DNA of 64,000 nucleotides from Podarcis erhardii. Lineage: Eukaryota. The position numbers were made by a program, and so were the translations under genes. The DNA lies in the NCBI GenBank assembly GCA_964252035.1, contig OZ176206.1; one strand, 5' to 3'. Below, one piece after another: positions 10,538-38,474 of the stretch. Numbering within the stretch: position 1 is the stretch's first letter; the number at the start of each line of letters is the position of its first letter. The notes below the pieces were generated by a model that was not told where the DNA came from, searched no databases, and saw only the letters and a list, made by a program, of their open reading frames with translations.

Positions 10538-11060
10538 GGCGCTCGCTTCGGGAAGCTGCAAGGTGGGCTGCTGCTGTCGCCTCCTCCTCCTCAAGGGGGT
10601 CTCCGGGCGGGATCACCTGCAAAGACACAGAGAAGAGCACAGGGGTCAGCTGGGGGGGGGCAGGCGGGCGGCTTCCGCCCGGCGGGGGGAAGGGAGCCCC
10701 GGACACTCCTGTCGCTCACCCGCCGCCACCGCCGCCGCCTCCACGGCTGAGTGCCATCCCTCTGCCCGCCGACTCCGCAGCCACCCCGGGCCTGACCCCG
10801 CCCTCTTTCTTCTCCGCCGCCGCCGCCGCCTTGCACGGCGCGCCGGAACTGCCGAGGCTCATGACGTTAGGACGGCGCGCGCACAGCGCACAGCGATGAC
10901 GTGATCACCGCCTGCGGTTGCCATAACGACGGACGAGGAAGCGGCGGCGGCATCGCCATAGCGACAACCGCCCCTGCCCTTCCCCTCTGCACGTGACGTC
11001 GCGCCCCGGCATCCCCCCGAGCTCTACTCCGTCGAGCCATAACTGGTCTACCTGTAGGGT
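10430..11060 (-). promoter_or_regulatory. ATXN1L CpG-island promoter with CRE/ATF and E-box motifs
   Basis: CpG-rich; TGACGT at about 10862 and 10897; CACGTGACGTC at about 10990-11000. Confidence 0.75.
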
Positions 11061-11889
11061 TGTTGTAAGGACTGCTGAGGTCTGGCTTGAGAAATAATAA
11101 GCGATGCTTGTGCACTTGAAGCGGTCTCTCCACTGTGTGGTGTGCGTCTTTATTAAGATGATGAAGCCGCCAGCAAATCCTTTGCGGCAGGAAAACCGAA
11201 GCGCCCCCACGGGGCTTGCTGGTATTAAACTGGGATTGGAAAGGAACGAGTAAGCGGGCGCTGCTTCTCGGCTGGCTATTCCAGGCCTTAAACCGGGAAG
11301 ATACGTAAATTATGGCCACAGTCAAAATCACGCTAAGCAAATCAAGGAAGGGGAAGCAGAGAGGAGAGACCTTTAATAGGAGCCTCACGCTATCCTGGCA
11401 AGGAACCGGTCTCTGTGTGGGTAGGCAGCCAGTAAGTGTTTCCAAAACCGCAAAGAGCCAGGCCGCTTCAGTCACAGACTCTGCGCGACACGAGTTCCTT
11501 TTACAAGGGCAACAATTCTCGAAGCACTTTCCAACCTTCAAGCATAAAAGTGGCCTTGGCCTTATACTGGCCAGGACAGGAACAGCTTGCTGGTGCTATG
11601 TAGATGGGATGGGATAGAGCTGTCACTCGATGTTGAGTTGATTAATTATTTTTCCTTTGCGTCTGTGAGAAAGAGAGGAATGCTCTCAGTGGGGCTTTTG
11701 TCGCCCATCGATTTGCAAGTAAAAAAAAAAAAGCCGCTGTCTGGCGAGATCCTAGGAAGAGCTCTGCTTGTCCGTTAGATCAAACTAAGTGGAGGAGGGA
11801 AGGGAAGGGCTGCATGTGCTTTTGCGTGCAGACAGGACCAGACTTAAAATCCTGGAGGGAATTTCAGGTAGGTCAGAGTGAGGAATCCT

Positions 11890-11990
11890 GCCTAAAACTG
11901 TGAAAAGCTGTTGACCACCAGTGTAAGCAATACTGAGATAAGTGGACCAAGAGACTGACTCAATTTAAGACAGCTTCCTACAGTATTCCC
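11890..11990 (+). mobile_element. Degenerate 3' part of a lizard tRNA-SINE (L2-like tail family)
   Basis: gcaatactgag...ggaccaa...ctgactc...cagcttccta resembles the copies at 16700, 48230 and 58800. Confidence 0.45.
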
Positions 11991-12559
11991 ATCTGTTTCC
12001 CAGCGATTAGCCAGATGCCCTAATGGAAGGCGGAAGCAGTGCAAAAAGCCGCCGACGTTGACTATCAGAGATAACGACTGAAGTGACCAATATATATTCC
12101 GTGGCGAGGCTTTCTAGTCCCCAAACCTTAATACTAGCCGCGGAACTGTAGAGCCTTAAGAGAGGCCAGAGCTGAAATGGATGTATCGGCCACATTAGCG
12201 AAAACTGTTTCACGCAAATCAGAGGAGGTTGAGCCGGGAGGCTCTCCACGTTCAAACAAGGTGCTTGCCAGCAAGCTGCTTCGTCTCTCTGCGACCTCAG
12301 AAACGGGACACTGGAGCTCTGTGCAAAGCCTGCAGTCCTGTGTATGTCCAAAGCACTGGGATATATTTCCGAGTAAACTTGCTTAAGATTGAGCTTGCTA
12401 GGAAAGCACGTGCTCTGTACGGACTTGGCCCCGCTACTGGCCCCCGGCAATTCGCAATTGGCGAAGACGCTTCAGTCGCCCTGACAGCTGGTTTTTTCCT
12501 CGAAGGACGGGCAGGCGCTTCGCTTCTTGGGCTGTGGGCAAGTTCCATATCCAGAACGG

Positions 12560-13620
12560 AACTTTAAACTTCGCTAATACGACCCGGCCGGACGCATGTC
12601 GTGAGCACAGCCGCAGCGGTGACTAGGCAGGCGTCTGACGTCATCACTACCTGCCACGGCGCAGTCTCACCGCTAATCGTGTGACACCGCTACAGATACT
12701 TCCGCGGAGGAAACGAGTTCTGGGGCCAGTTACCGCGGTTCCAAGCGCCGAGCATTCTGTCTGGCCACGAAACGCGCCGGCCGGCGGCGACGGAAGACGC
12801 AGCAACGTTAATGGATGCAGCAGGCTATCGCCGCGCCGTGCTCTGAGAGAGGGCAGTCAGTGAGTCCCGGTCTCCAGATTCCTCCGCCTGCGGTATCGGT
12901 GCTGAGGCCGCGCCGCCGCCATTTTGGATGCCAGGCTCTAGCTACTGCCGCCGCCGCCTTCGCCGTAGGGATCCGGCCCGGTGAGTGCCGCGCGGGGAGA
13001 GAGGAGGGGCGCTGCCAGGCAGGGTAGGTGTTGCTGCTGCTGCTTCTACTTCGGCGGTAGGATCGTGGGCCCGCCGCCGCTGCCCGGGGCAAGGCCCAGC
13101 CGCCGCCGCCTCCCGCCCCGCCTCCCGGGACTGACTGAGCCTTGGCCGCCGAGGGCCCGGCCGCTTTCCGGTCGGTGGGTGGGTCGGCTGGCTAAGGGGA
13201 GAGGCGCCGGTTCCTAGCGCAAGAAGGGAGCGCGCTACCGTGTTCCGCGAGGGTTGCTGCCGTCTGACTTGCCAGCTGGCTCGTGAGGCCTGGCGGGGCT
13301 GCTGCCCCTGCCGGAGCGGCTCTTCGCCCTCCCGGGCAAGAGGTGGCTGTTTCTTCGTCCGCTTCCTTTCTCCGCGCCGCCGCGTCTCGAGCAAAGACCA
13401 GCCTAGGCGGTGCTCCTTAGCCCATGACTTCCCTCCCGCTATACGAGGCGTTTTTCTCCTCGCCCGGCCAGTTCTGTCTCTGCTGTCGGCGGAAGTGCCT
13501 GCGGCCTCTTCTGTTATAGACGAGGAGAGTCTTCTCCGCGCGCCGCGCCGGAGTTCACCCCGTATAGCTCGCCCGGGCTTCCGACGATCGGATCGGCTCC
13601 TATCCGAGGCCTGAAGAAAG
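12560..13620 (+). promoter_or_regulatory. AP1G1 CpG-island promoter and non-coding exon 1 (donor CG|gtgagt at 12980/12981)
   Basis: CpG island; full CRE TGACGTCA at about 12637; YY1-type GCCGCCATTTTG at about 12915-12926; canonical donor. Confidence 0.8.
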
Positions 13621-16600
13621 AGACTCGACTCGCCCCTTGACAGGCTTTGTGAGCAAGGGGCTTAGGAACACCTCGTCGGGGAAAGAGACGTGAGAGTCAC
13701 TCCCGATTACGGCAGGGTCGACACTAGGAAAATGCTCAAGGCTGTTGGATGTGGATTCCGACGCTTTGCAAAGAATGTCTGTTCAGTGAGCGCTGGGGAA
13801 AGGGAAGGCCAAGACCAGGTGTGGGTGCGGGGAAGCGAGAGGGCAGTCCAGCCAGCTGGCTCACCTGTCAACTTGACCTGAAGAAGCCATTGCAGTTCCT
13901 TTTCTTGCCCTCCTGTCGAGAGGGAATTTTTAAAAAATTATTATTTAACAAAAGTTTTATTCCATTTGATTGTAAGAATTTCTAAGGGTCTTACACATGA
14001 GATAAGCTGCTTTCCTACTGAGGTTAATGATTGTGAAGGAGTTATCTAGCAATATTCTTGTAGATGAGTAACATTTGGAAGAGGGTTACTCAACATCTGC
14101 AGACCTTCTGAAACTTAACTTTATTTTAATATGGATATTCCTACCCATATCCTTAGTTGCTGCAGCTTGATTGCCCAGTTTTCTGTCCCCTTGACTGGAA
14201 CTCCTTGCAAGAAACCCTTTGTGACACCCTATATCTCTTTCTCTTCTCCTCTTCAAACACTTCCTCAAAACACATTTTCACTTTGAAGCCTGTTGTTTAA
14301 TGCCTTTGGTTTCACCTTCATTGTTGCAACATGGAGTATTTGCTCACATTTCTCCTTCATCTGCCATTTAAAATTTAGAAACTGTAAGCTCATATTGATG
14401 TGATTCTCTGCAAAGCATCATGTGGAATGATGGTGCTACCTTATAACTAATGATTAACAGAACCTGTCTGACAGAGGGCCTCTTTTTTTATAAAATGTCT
14501 AACTAGTGTACGGTGAAAATCCTCTGTTTCTCTTGAAAGAAATTGTGACGATTGGGCAGAATTGTTACATTGACTAACTTTGGTGTAGTTCAAAGATAAA
14601 TCATGAGATGGAAGATTTGCTTTTAGATAGTATTGCAGCTAGAGTATGCTTGTCTTTTGTCTGAATACAGTGGTCTTAACTTTTGTTGAATTTCTGTTGG
14701 CTATGGGCAAGTGTCCAAAATTAGCCAGGTGCATTTTGCACCTGACTGTTGACCACTCGCAACCAAGTGAAGATGCCCTGATGCTAGGATGGCGCCTGGC
14801 ATACCCACCATCTGGAGATGTATGCCTGGGGATCATTGGCTCTTGGCTGTTTTCACACATTAATACCACACCCTGTAGAATTCTATGAGTTATATTTTAT
14901 CTGCACAATCAGAATGAATTTCTGGAAGCAAAATGCTTTTTCTGTGCAGCCTGAGCAGGAGCAACGTTAGTTAATTATTGTAGTTTGTCTTCACTTACCC
15001 CACCCCACTGACCTTGTCACAGTTGTGAAGAACATTCCTATGTTCTGAATGGTCAGTGTCACCATTCAGAAAAAGACGTAGGATTAGGCCAATATGTATG
15101 TGGACTGTCCCTGCATCAAGTGACTTTTCTTCTTTAAGTTCTCAAAGTTCTTAACCTAGTTCAAGGTAGTCATCTGAACTAGCCAGGTGTTTCACTGATA
15201 ATCACAATTAGTCTGCCATTTGAAAAATAAGACTTTAGAGCCATCTTACCTTCAAATGGTAACTAGATATTCCGTTTTGGTGACTGTAACCTTGGTTTAA
15301 GGAACCCTTTGGCACCTAACTTACATATCATAGTTTCTAACACTGCTGTGAGCTTATTCTGGATGTTTTTGTATTGGTAGTACAGTTTCTTTCCAGCAGT
15401 ATGGTTGCACTGTCACTGTTTTTGTTAACAATGTCTGGCTGTTAATTCAGGGTGTACCTGCATTGAGGTGGTGAATTGCGTTCTGTGTCTCTCCTCCCAA
15501 ACATAGTTAATAAACTTTACTTTGTGTGTTGGCTTGCATGTTGACCATCTTATGGCATAGTTGGATTTTAGGAGTAGTTGCAAGTGTTTTTGAACCAAAG
15601 ACCTGTTTTTTATTGTTTCCTCAGGCTGGGCATCTTCTGAGAGTTTTTTTGGGACCTGCAGTCAGAAACTGTTTGTAATCTGAACAGTGCTGTCTTGAGA
15701 CCTCTTGCTGCCTGAGGTAGATCTCAAATTTCTGTTCTGTAGGGCTAACCCTGTACCATTCAAACAGCAGTACAGCCTCCCTCTAGCTTTGGCCACCCCC
15801 ATTATGCTGCCTGAAGTGCGCTGCTTCATCCTGCTATGTATCAGGGCCCACCCTCATTGTGAAAGTTCCGTTAAGAGTGTTGCTACTTTGAAAGAGTTCT
15901 TATATTTGGTTTATCTTGTGACTCATACCTTGGAGTACCTGAAGAGAGGTGGGGTCAACTTTAGTATTGCAAGATGAGATTTAGGACAGCCTTGCATGTA
16001 ACAACTCACCTGGTAGTCATAGGCAACCAGAAATTCCATCCTGGTGAGTGAATGCCACATTAGACAGATAACTATCAGAGCATTTCTTACTAAACATCTG
16101 TTTACCAGAGATTATTTTTAAAATGCCATCGACTTAATAAAGGCACTTGTGGTATGTTGGCTACTCTGGAAGGTTGAGATTAACTAAGAAGCTCTTCCAA
16201 AGCGTCTTAGTAGAAGTTGGATCATGAGTACTTCTGGATCCTAGAAGCAGCCTGAGAGCCTCCTTCTTAACTGGGAGTGGGTTTGTTCATTTAGCAGAGC
16301 TTTGGATGGAAACTCAAGCTGGCTCATGAAACATGGAAGGAGCTGGCTCACTGTGGGTCGTGTGCTTGCTCTGATCCACCAGGATCCTCCTGTGTAATTA
16401 TGGCAACAGCTTCCTTTCCTAAGGAATCCACACAGATTTGGCAGTAAGTGGGTTGGAAGGCATGAGATGGAACAAGACACTCTAGCAGGTATGGGTCTAC
16501 CCTGGTTAGCCCTTGGGAAAAGGGAAATAATTCTGCTTCTCTGTCGCCAGAAGATCAGACCTGGAAGTCTAGTCAGTCTCCATTATCCTGCAACACCTGC

Positions 16601-16699
16601 AGTTTGTGCTGTGGTTTATTTTCCATAAACCACCTTGGATACTCTGTGGAGGGACATAAATCATCTAATAACATTCATGAAGGAATAATGGCATGGGGA

Positions 16700-16885
16700 A
16701 GGAATTCGGCTCAGTAGTGGAGCACCAGCTTTGCAAGTAGAAGGTGCCAGGGTCAATCTCCAGGTAGGGCTGGGAGAGACCCCCTACCTGAAAGCCTGGA
16801 GAACAATTGCTAGTCAGTGTGGACCGTTCTGAGCTTGATGGACCAGTGGTCTGACACAACAGAAGGCAACTTACTATGTCCCTAT
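16700..16885 (+). mobile_element. tRNA-derived SINE, degenerate
   Basis: A-box-like gctcagtagtggagc head; tail gagcttgatggaccagtggtctgac...aaggcaacttactatg shared with other copies in the window. Confidence 0.65.
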
Positions 16886-17809
16886 GTTGGTGGCAAATGT
16901 AAATTGTGGAATGAAAGAATATATAACCGTAAATATTCCCTTAATGAGAAGCCTCCAGTTTGGAGACTGGTGGCTATAGAGAGCTCTGATGAGATCTCCC
17001 TGCCTGAACAGAGTCCTCTGCTTTCAGCCAGCACATGGACCATCTCTGAAGGGAGGCTGCAGACTTCTTGTCGACTTCATATTGTGTTGTGGGGGGCAGT
17101 GCTAGAGGAGTGTCTTGGGAAGCATGTTTGTTCTCAGTAGCAGAAAGGGAGGCTTTTGAAGAAGGGGAATTGTTTTTGGATGTTGATTTGGAAGCAAAGT
17201 CCAGAAATATAGTTAACAGAATGAGGTTGGTTGGATAAATGTAAAATCACCCAGTATACAGGACCGGTATAGGGGAACTATTTCTGCTAGCAGGAATGAA
17301 AACAGCCATTTGATCCCAAGAATGGGCTTAAGAGCATATTACTGTATTAGAGTTCAAGAAAACTTGACCTAGAGTCAGTCCCTGCCTGGATAGTTTGGAA
17401 CTCCATGGAATCAGCTCCTTTGTAGGTGACTGCCTGCTTGCTGCAGATGCTGCTGAAGGGAAGCCCTGCTCTGGGCCCCACCTATGGCATGTGGACATAG
17501 GCGGTTAGGCTTTCTTGGTGATGGTGGAGGCTCCTTGGTTATGAGACTCTTCTCCATGGACTCAGCCGATGGCCTCCTTTTTCTCTTCAGGCAACAGGTC
17601 AGAACAGTATGGCTTGAGCCATGCATTTTTCAGATGTTTTTCCTCTGTGTGCGCCTTGGATTTTTATATTGCTGCTGCATTAGAGTGAGTTGTGCTGTTT
17701 TATTGGTATTAGGATTTATGATGGTGGTTCAGTGGTTTGAACATTCTGTTTTGGGATGGAAAAGCGGGAAATCAATGTTAAAGGAAAAAAATTAATGCTG
17801 AAGTTTTCA

Positions 17810-17912
17810 AATAATAATAATAATGCCCCACCCATCCGGTTGGGTTTTCAGCGCATATAAAAACATAAGATGTCAAGCATAAAAAACTTCCTGATACAGG
17901 GCTGTCTTCATA
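17810..17912 (-). mobile_element. 3' end of an L2-type LINE with (ATT)n tail
   Basis: (aat)n then gccccacccatc...aaaaacttcc...cagggctgtcttca; same motif as at 32040-32130. Family assignment from memory. Confidence 0.55.
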
Positions 17913-19220
17913 AGTGAAAGGTTCATCAGAGACCATGTCTTTCACCCACCTGCTGACTACAGTCTTCTTGACAGGTAGGACTGTTTAGCCTACCAAAGAG
18001 ATGCAGTTCAGAATACCTTGGAAGATGGTGGCCATCCAGCTTCTGTTTTAAAACCTTCTGGGGCTGGTGTGTGTAGTAATAGGTGTCCTCCATCCATTTG
18101 CAAGAGGTTGTACTAGGATGATTTGTGAGGTCCCCTTCCAGCTCTGTAGCTAGCAGCAGCAGCATGACCTGAAAGGCATGTGTCCTTCTTTTGTTTCTCC
18201 TACTTGACAGCCACCTTCTTTTGAAGGTGGATATGAGGAGGCCCTTACAAAATCAGCTTGGGAAACCAATGGGCTGGCACAAGTGGATTTCACAAGCAAT
18301 AAGAGAGAACTTGCAGTGGTTTCTGTAGCTTGTTGAACATCTAACCACATTTTGTAGTTTTTATGAAATGCATCAGTCAAAAATGTAGGCATCTACAGAT
18401 GCTGAGTGCTCAGTCTAGAGCTGCGTAGTTTAGAATTTCTGACCGTTATTTATTGCACAACCCTTAACAAGTGTAATCTCTGAATGGATTGGTGTAGTCA
18501 CAGTTTGAATGCTCAACTAAAAGAGAGCCACAGCCCACTGTAATGTGACTTGTACTGATGAAGCACCTTTAAAAGAGGCCTTGAATTGGGCTACCTAGCA
18601 TCTTCGCATGGTTTTAAATAATAGCATAGACTTTTCCTGGGTTTCATTGTTTGGGTTCAGTGGCTACCTGTTGGGCCTGCAAGTGCATTTGGAATCAGCT
18701 CTGGGTTCGGTCACATGTGAGAAGCAGCAGCAGTGCTGGTGTCCATTGAGTGCTGGGCTCAGTTTTTAGTCACCCACTGGGCTGGGAGTATACTAGAAGT
18801 AGTCTGCTTAAGGCTGTACTGGGAAAGTGGGGGAGGTGATGTCCCACCCTTCTGGAACTGTCCCACTCAGGCTCTGCTGTCCTTGCTTTGAAAAGGCCTG
18901 AGAAACAGCCATAATAAAGAGCCTGAAAGGGGCAGAGCTGTCTGCACGAAAAGGACTTGAATGAAACCCTGATTGTCTCCATCAGGTACTCAGGAGTAAG
19001 ATGTCACATCGGCATGAAAATTGTCTTCACAATGTTAATGACGCTTTCTTGCTCATGTTTAGCTGTGCTAATAGAAACTAAGGTTTGCGTGTTTGACTGG
19101 TCTAAAAATGTGTCCACTCTGTAAGTATTATTACATCATGGTAACAGTAAACTTGGATATGATTTACTGTGTATGAGATGTATTTACAGACACATGCATT
19201 TTAAATTCCAAAGAACAATA

Positions 19221-19456
19221 CAGTCGTACCTTGGTTCTCGAACAGAATCCGTTCCGGAAGTCCATTTGACTTTCAAAAACTGAGGCACGGCTTCTGATTG
19301 GCTGCAGGAGCTTCCTGCACTCAATTGGAAGCCGCGTAAGCCGCATTGGATGTTTGGCTTCCAAAAAAGTTTGTAAATTGGAACACTTCTGTATTTGCGG
19401 CGTTCGGGAGCCAAAACGTTTGAGTCACAGAGCATTTGAGAACCAAGGTACAACTG
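19221..19456. mobile_element. Tc1/mariner-type MITE
   Basis: TA|cagtcgtaccttggttctcgaa...ttgagaaccaaggtacaactg|TA: terminal inverted repeats with TA target duplication. Confidence 0.9.
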
Positions 19457-20380
19457 TACAATATCAGAATGACCATTCTCATTTGTAAAAGTAATGTACA
19501 TATTAGTATTATGCAGTAGTGTATGCTGGGCCTTGAAAATAATACTTTTTCCTCCTGACTTGTGGATAATTTATTTCAGTTTGTTTGGCAGATAAACAGA
19601 CCAGGGTAGCAGAGAGTGACCCATGCATTGGGGCCAAAGGCTGCTTTGAAATATAATGGGAGTTTCCTTTAGTTGAAAAGCAAATCCAGAGTGAAGTAGA
19701 ATATTTGGGTTTGAGCCAGAGGTGTTCCTGTGGTTTGCTAGATCCTGTAAATAAGCCTTCACCTTGGTGCCGGCAGATTCAGATGCTTCTATGGCTGCAT
19801 AATTTGGTTTGCTTCAATCTCAGGTTTGTTTTCACAAGCAGGGCTTAATCCAAGGCTCAGGAAGGTTGTGCAGGGTTGCTGATTAATCTAGGACTTTTGC
19901 CTTATTTGGGGATGGCAGAAGGAGGGAGGAGGCTCCTATCTGTGCTGGTATGCAAATTTAGGCAGAAATTCCTGGTGATTAGGGACCAGCCACAGGAAGA
20001 AAGAAACAGTTTCTTGTGTTTGCCATGAGAGGTGAGCTGTGTGTGTTGTAAAGAGCACATGCAGTCAGTTCATCACCAGCCTTGGTCTGCCACCCATTCC
20101 GCCATGCAGTAGTGGAGACAGCTGCAGTAAATACATCATTACATACCTTGGCAACAGAGCCATATCTCTTTCCTTACTACAGATATCTTAAGCCACTTGG
20201 CAGGGAAGACAGACTTTTTGAGGCTGAAGTATTCTGGAGTCCCAGCTGTGGCAGAGATGGCTGAATTGGGATAAACACCGTGGATTGAACCATAGAGAGT
20301 TCTGTCAGTATAACCAATGCCAGCTAGGAGACCCTACCAGCATCTACAGTTTCTCATGGGGTACTGTTTGAAAGACTTAA

Positions 20381-35857
<15,477 letters not shown>

Positions 35858-36823
35858 GCTCTGGCCCCACCCTCCTCACCCCACCTGGTTGGCTGAAGGA
35901 ACGCTGGGCAGAGCGCTGTGACTCCAGAAATCCCCCCACTTGCACCATGGCCAGGGGAGCTGACGAGAGCAGCGGCTGCTGCAGAGCAGGAGGACTGGCC
36001 TTGCTCACCTTGATGAAGCATATCTCTTAAGACACTTGCTGGCTCGCTCTCTCTTCTCTCCTCTCCTGGCTGCTGAGCCACACTTGCCACAGAAGCCACG
36101 TTCCCCTTGTTTTGGAAGGGGGGGGAGGGGAGGTGCACTGTGGCACGTGCGACTGTTTCTCCCCGCCTGCCATCTTCTCTCCTCCGGTGGGCGTGGGCGA
36201 GTGAGTGAGTGAAGCGAGTTTTGTTTCGGCTCCTTGCTAGCCGGGTTACCACCTTCAGGCACTTTTCATCCAGAGTTCATGTTGGAAATGTATTCCAAGG
36301 ATGCTGGTGACCCTTTCTCCTTGGAGTTCCCTGACGTGGGGGGCCTTTTCTACGCTTGACTGCACACCCCGAGGGCAGTGGCTTGAGTCTGAGAAGGGGA
36401 TGGATAGGTGGACCTGCTGTTCTGGACAGAAGCTCTGCTTTGGAGGATTCAGTGGTGGAGGCAGCAACGTCAAGCTCTCTTTGGCCAGTGCCTCCCTCTC
36501 AGAAAGCATCATGATGGACGAGACTGGCTGCTCCCTCCAGCAAGTCGCTCTTCAGCGTGCCCCCACCCCAAATCTTGGAACTCCTCTTGTCTGATCCTTG
36601 GCTGTCAGCTGTGGTAGGTGGGTAGAAAGGAAATGTGTGTTGCTTAAAGATGGAAAGGGGGGGCACCATTTGCCTGCAGAAAGACTCATCTCAAGACTCC
36701 ACTGCAAAGCTGCTTTCCCCCCTCAGCCCTTTTCATTTCCTGAGTCTGTCAGAGTCCTGGATTCCATTTGAATTCGTTCTCCTCCTGGGACGTTTGTGTT
36801 GTATCTGTAATATTGGCACTGAA

Positions 36824-36829
36824 AATAAA
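36824..36829 (+). terminator. Candidate poly(A) signal of AP1G1
   Basis: AATAAA about 970 nt after the stop, preceded by a GU/U-rich UTR end. Confidence 0.6.
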
Positions 36830-37322
36830 GACCATGCGGTTTAATGAGACCTTTCCTGCTTTTAGTAGCTGGTTTTGCAGCTCCTTGCACAGATGTTGAG
36901 CAGAGGACATTCCTGTTTTTGAAGGCCAAGATTCCAAAGTATGACAACTCCCTAAGAGAGATGTTTTCAGGGCAGAAGTCAGTGGGTTAGGGGGGCATGT
37001 GTAGGATTCCAGGAGCAGCAAAGAAGGGGGAAACACTTTAGAGTTCCCATCTATGATTGGCTAAAGTTCCTAAAGCTCATTGGCAGCCTGTTTGCCTTAC
37101 AGAAACAGAAGGTGTGTCTGCACCCGCTGTTGGGTTGTGTGATGGGAGAGAGGGAGCCAGGCAGAGCACTTCAAGAGCCACAGGAAGTCCTCTAGACATA
37201 CACTATCCTAGCAAATGATTCGCTGCTGAGGTCCTGTTGACTGGAGCTGTGGTCAGCTGCCTCTCTCATCTACCCCCCAGTGAGACTTGATGTGTGTCCA
37301 GCTGGCAGTGCTGCTTTCATGA

Positions 37323-37410
37323 AGGACAGGATGAAATTGAGGCAGTGGGGAATGGGGCTTTGTACTCTCACAGAGGACAGGATGAAATCAGAGCAGTGGG
37401 GAATGGGATT
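37323..37410. repeat. 51-bp-period tandem duplication
   Basis: aggacaggatgaaat-N4-gcagtggggaatggg at 37323 and 37374. Confidence 0.85.
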
Positions 37411-37978
37411 CTTGTGATTCTCCAGCCGACAATTATTATGCAAAGCTCACCAGCTGGATTGCTGGAGGTGGAGCTTGTGGAGTCCAAACAAGATTCCGAA
37501 GAAATCTGCTCTTCACCACCACAGCAAAAAGAGCCTTGGGGATCCCCGAAGACTAAGAAATGTATTTGGTTTGAGCTTCCTCTTCCTCATAGGATGAGCA
37601 GAGTTGGTAGTATGGCAAGACGCAGATGGCAGCACCGAGGACTCTTTTCCTGTTGCAATCTGAACCTGTAAGATGATGGCTTCTGTCCCCTCCCCCCCCC
37701 CCCCCGCAACTAATGATGGCAGGTCAGACAGCTGGGAGTTGGGGGTTGGCAAGTCCTTTCGTCTTGAACAAACAAGTATCCCTTCAGGGGACACAGAGTT
37801 GAAGTAAGGTCACCTTTCCCTGCAAGGAGCTCAAAGTAGTACTGAAGGGTGTCACCCCCCCCCCAATGTCCTCAGAGCAACTCTGAAGGAAAGGATAAGA
37901 CTACAACCATGACTGTCCAAAGTTAAGTCATGGTTGTAGTGGAGATTTCAGCCCAGATTCTAGTCCAACCCTTTAACC

Positions 37979-38474
37979 CATAGGTTTTCAACCTTTGTGG
38001 GTCTACGGCTCCTTTGACCAACTACATTCTTTCTGTGGCACCCCTGTGGGGCTCAGAAGCCCAATTATGTCACCCCTTGCCTGCAGAGCCAGCAGCCTCT
38101 CACCCTTTTTTTGAACACCCTTATGGAGTGCTCCCTCAGCCTCTTCTCCTCCCCCCTCTCCTTGGGAATCCTCTGGGCAGCTGCAGCTACCACCCCTGGT
38201 CTCTGAGCTGCCCCCCTCTGCCCCAAAAAGAAGTGCTACCTCACCCTGCCCCACAAGGGCCTGGGAAGCACCCCCTAGCTAGCCCCAGAGGCAGCATTCA
38301 CCTGGGGAGCTGCTGCAACAAACAGCTGTGCAAGGCTTTGGGAGGCAGAGACGCAAGAGGGCATCAGAGGAGGGAGGGAAGGAAAGAGGCACAAAGGCCA
38401 GTTTTGCCCACGGCACCCCTTGCCATCATTCAACGCACCCCAGGGTGCCACAGCACACTGGTTGAAAACCACTG
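37979..38474. mobile_element. Non-autonomous hAT element (496 bp)
   Basis: TIRs cataggttttcaacc / ggttgaaaaccactg; perfect 8-bp TSD ctttaacc at 37971-78 and 38475-82. Confidence 0.92.

Noticed and set aside
10538-10594. N-terminal extension MRRRRRQQQP... in the ORF track
   Set aside because: Begins at a non-ATG codon; homology with ATXN1L starts at the ATG at 10537.
15029-15046. AGAACA-n6-TGTTCT palindrome resembling a glucocorticoid response element
   Set aside because: Spacer is 6 bp, not the required 3 bp.
15043-15071. 11-bp hairpin with a CAGTGT-containing loop resembling an iron-responsive element
   Set aside because: Loop is 7 nt, there is no bulged C five pairs below it, and it lies deep in AP1G1 intron 1.
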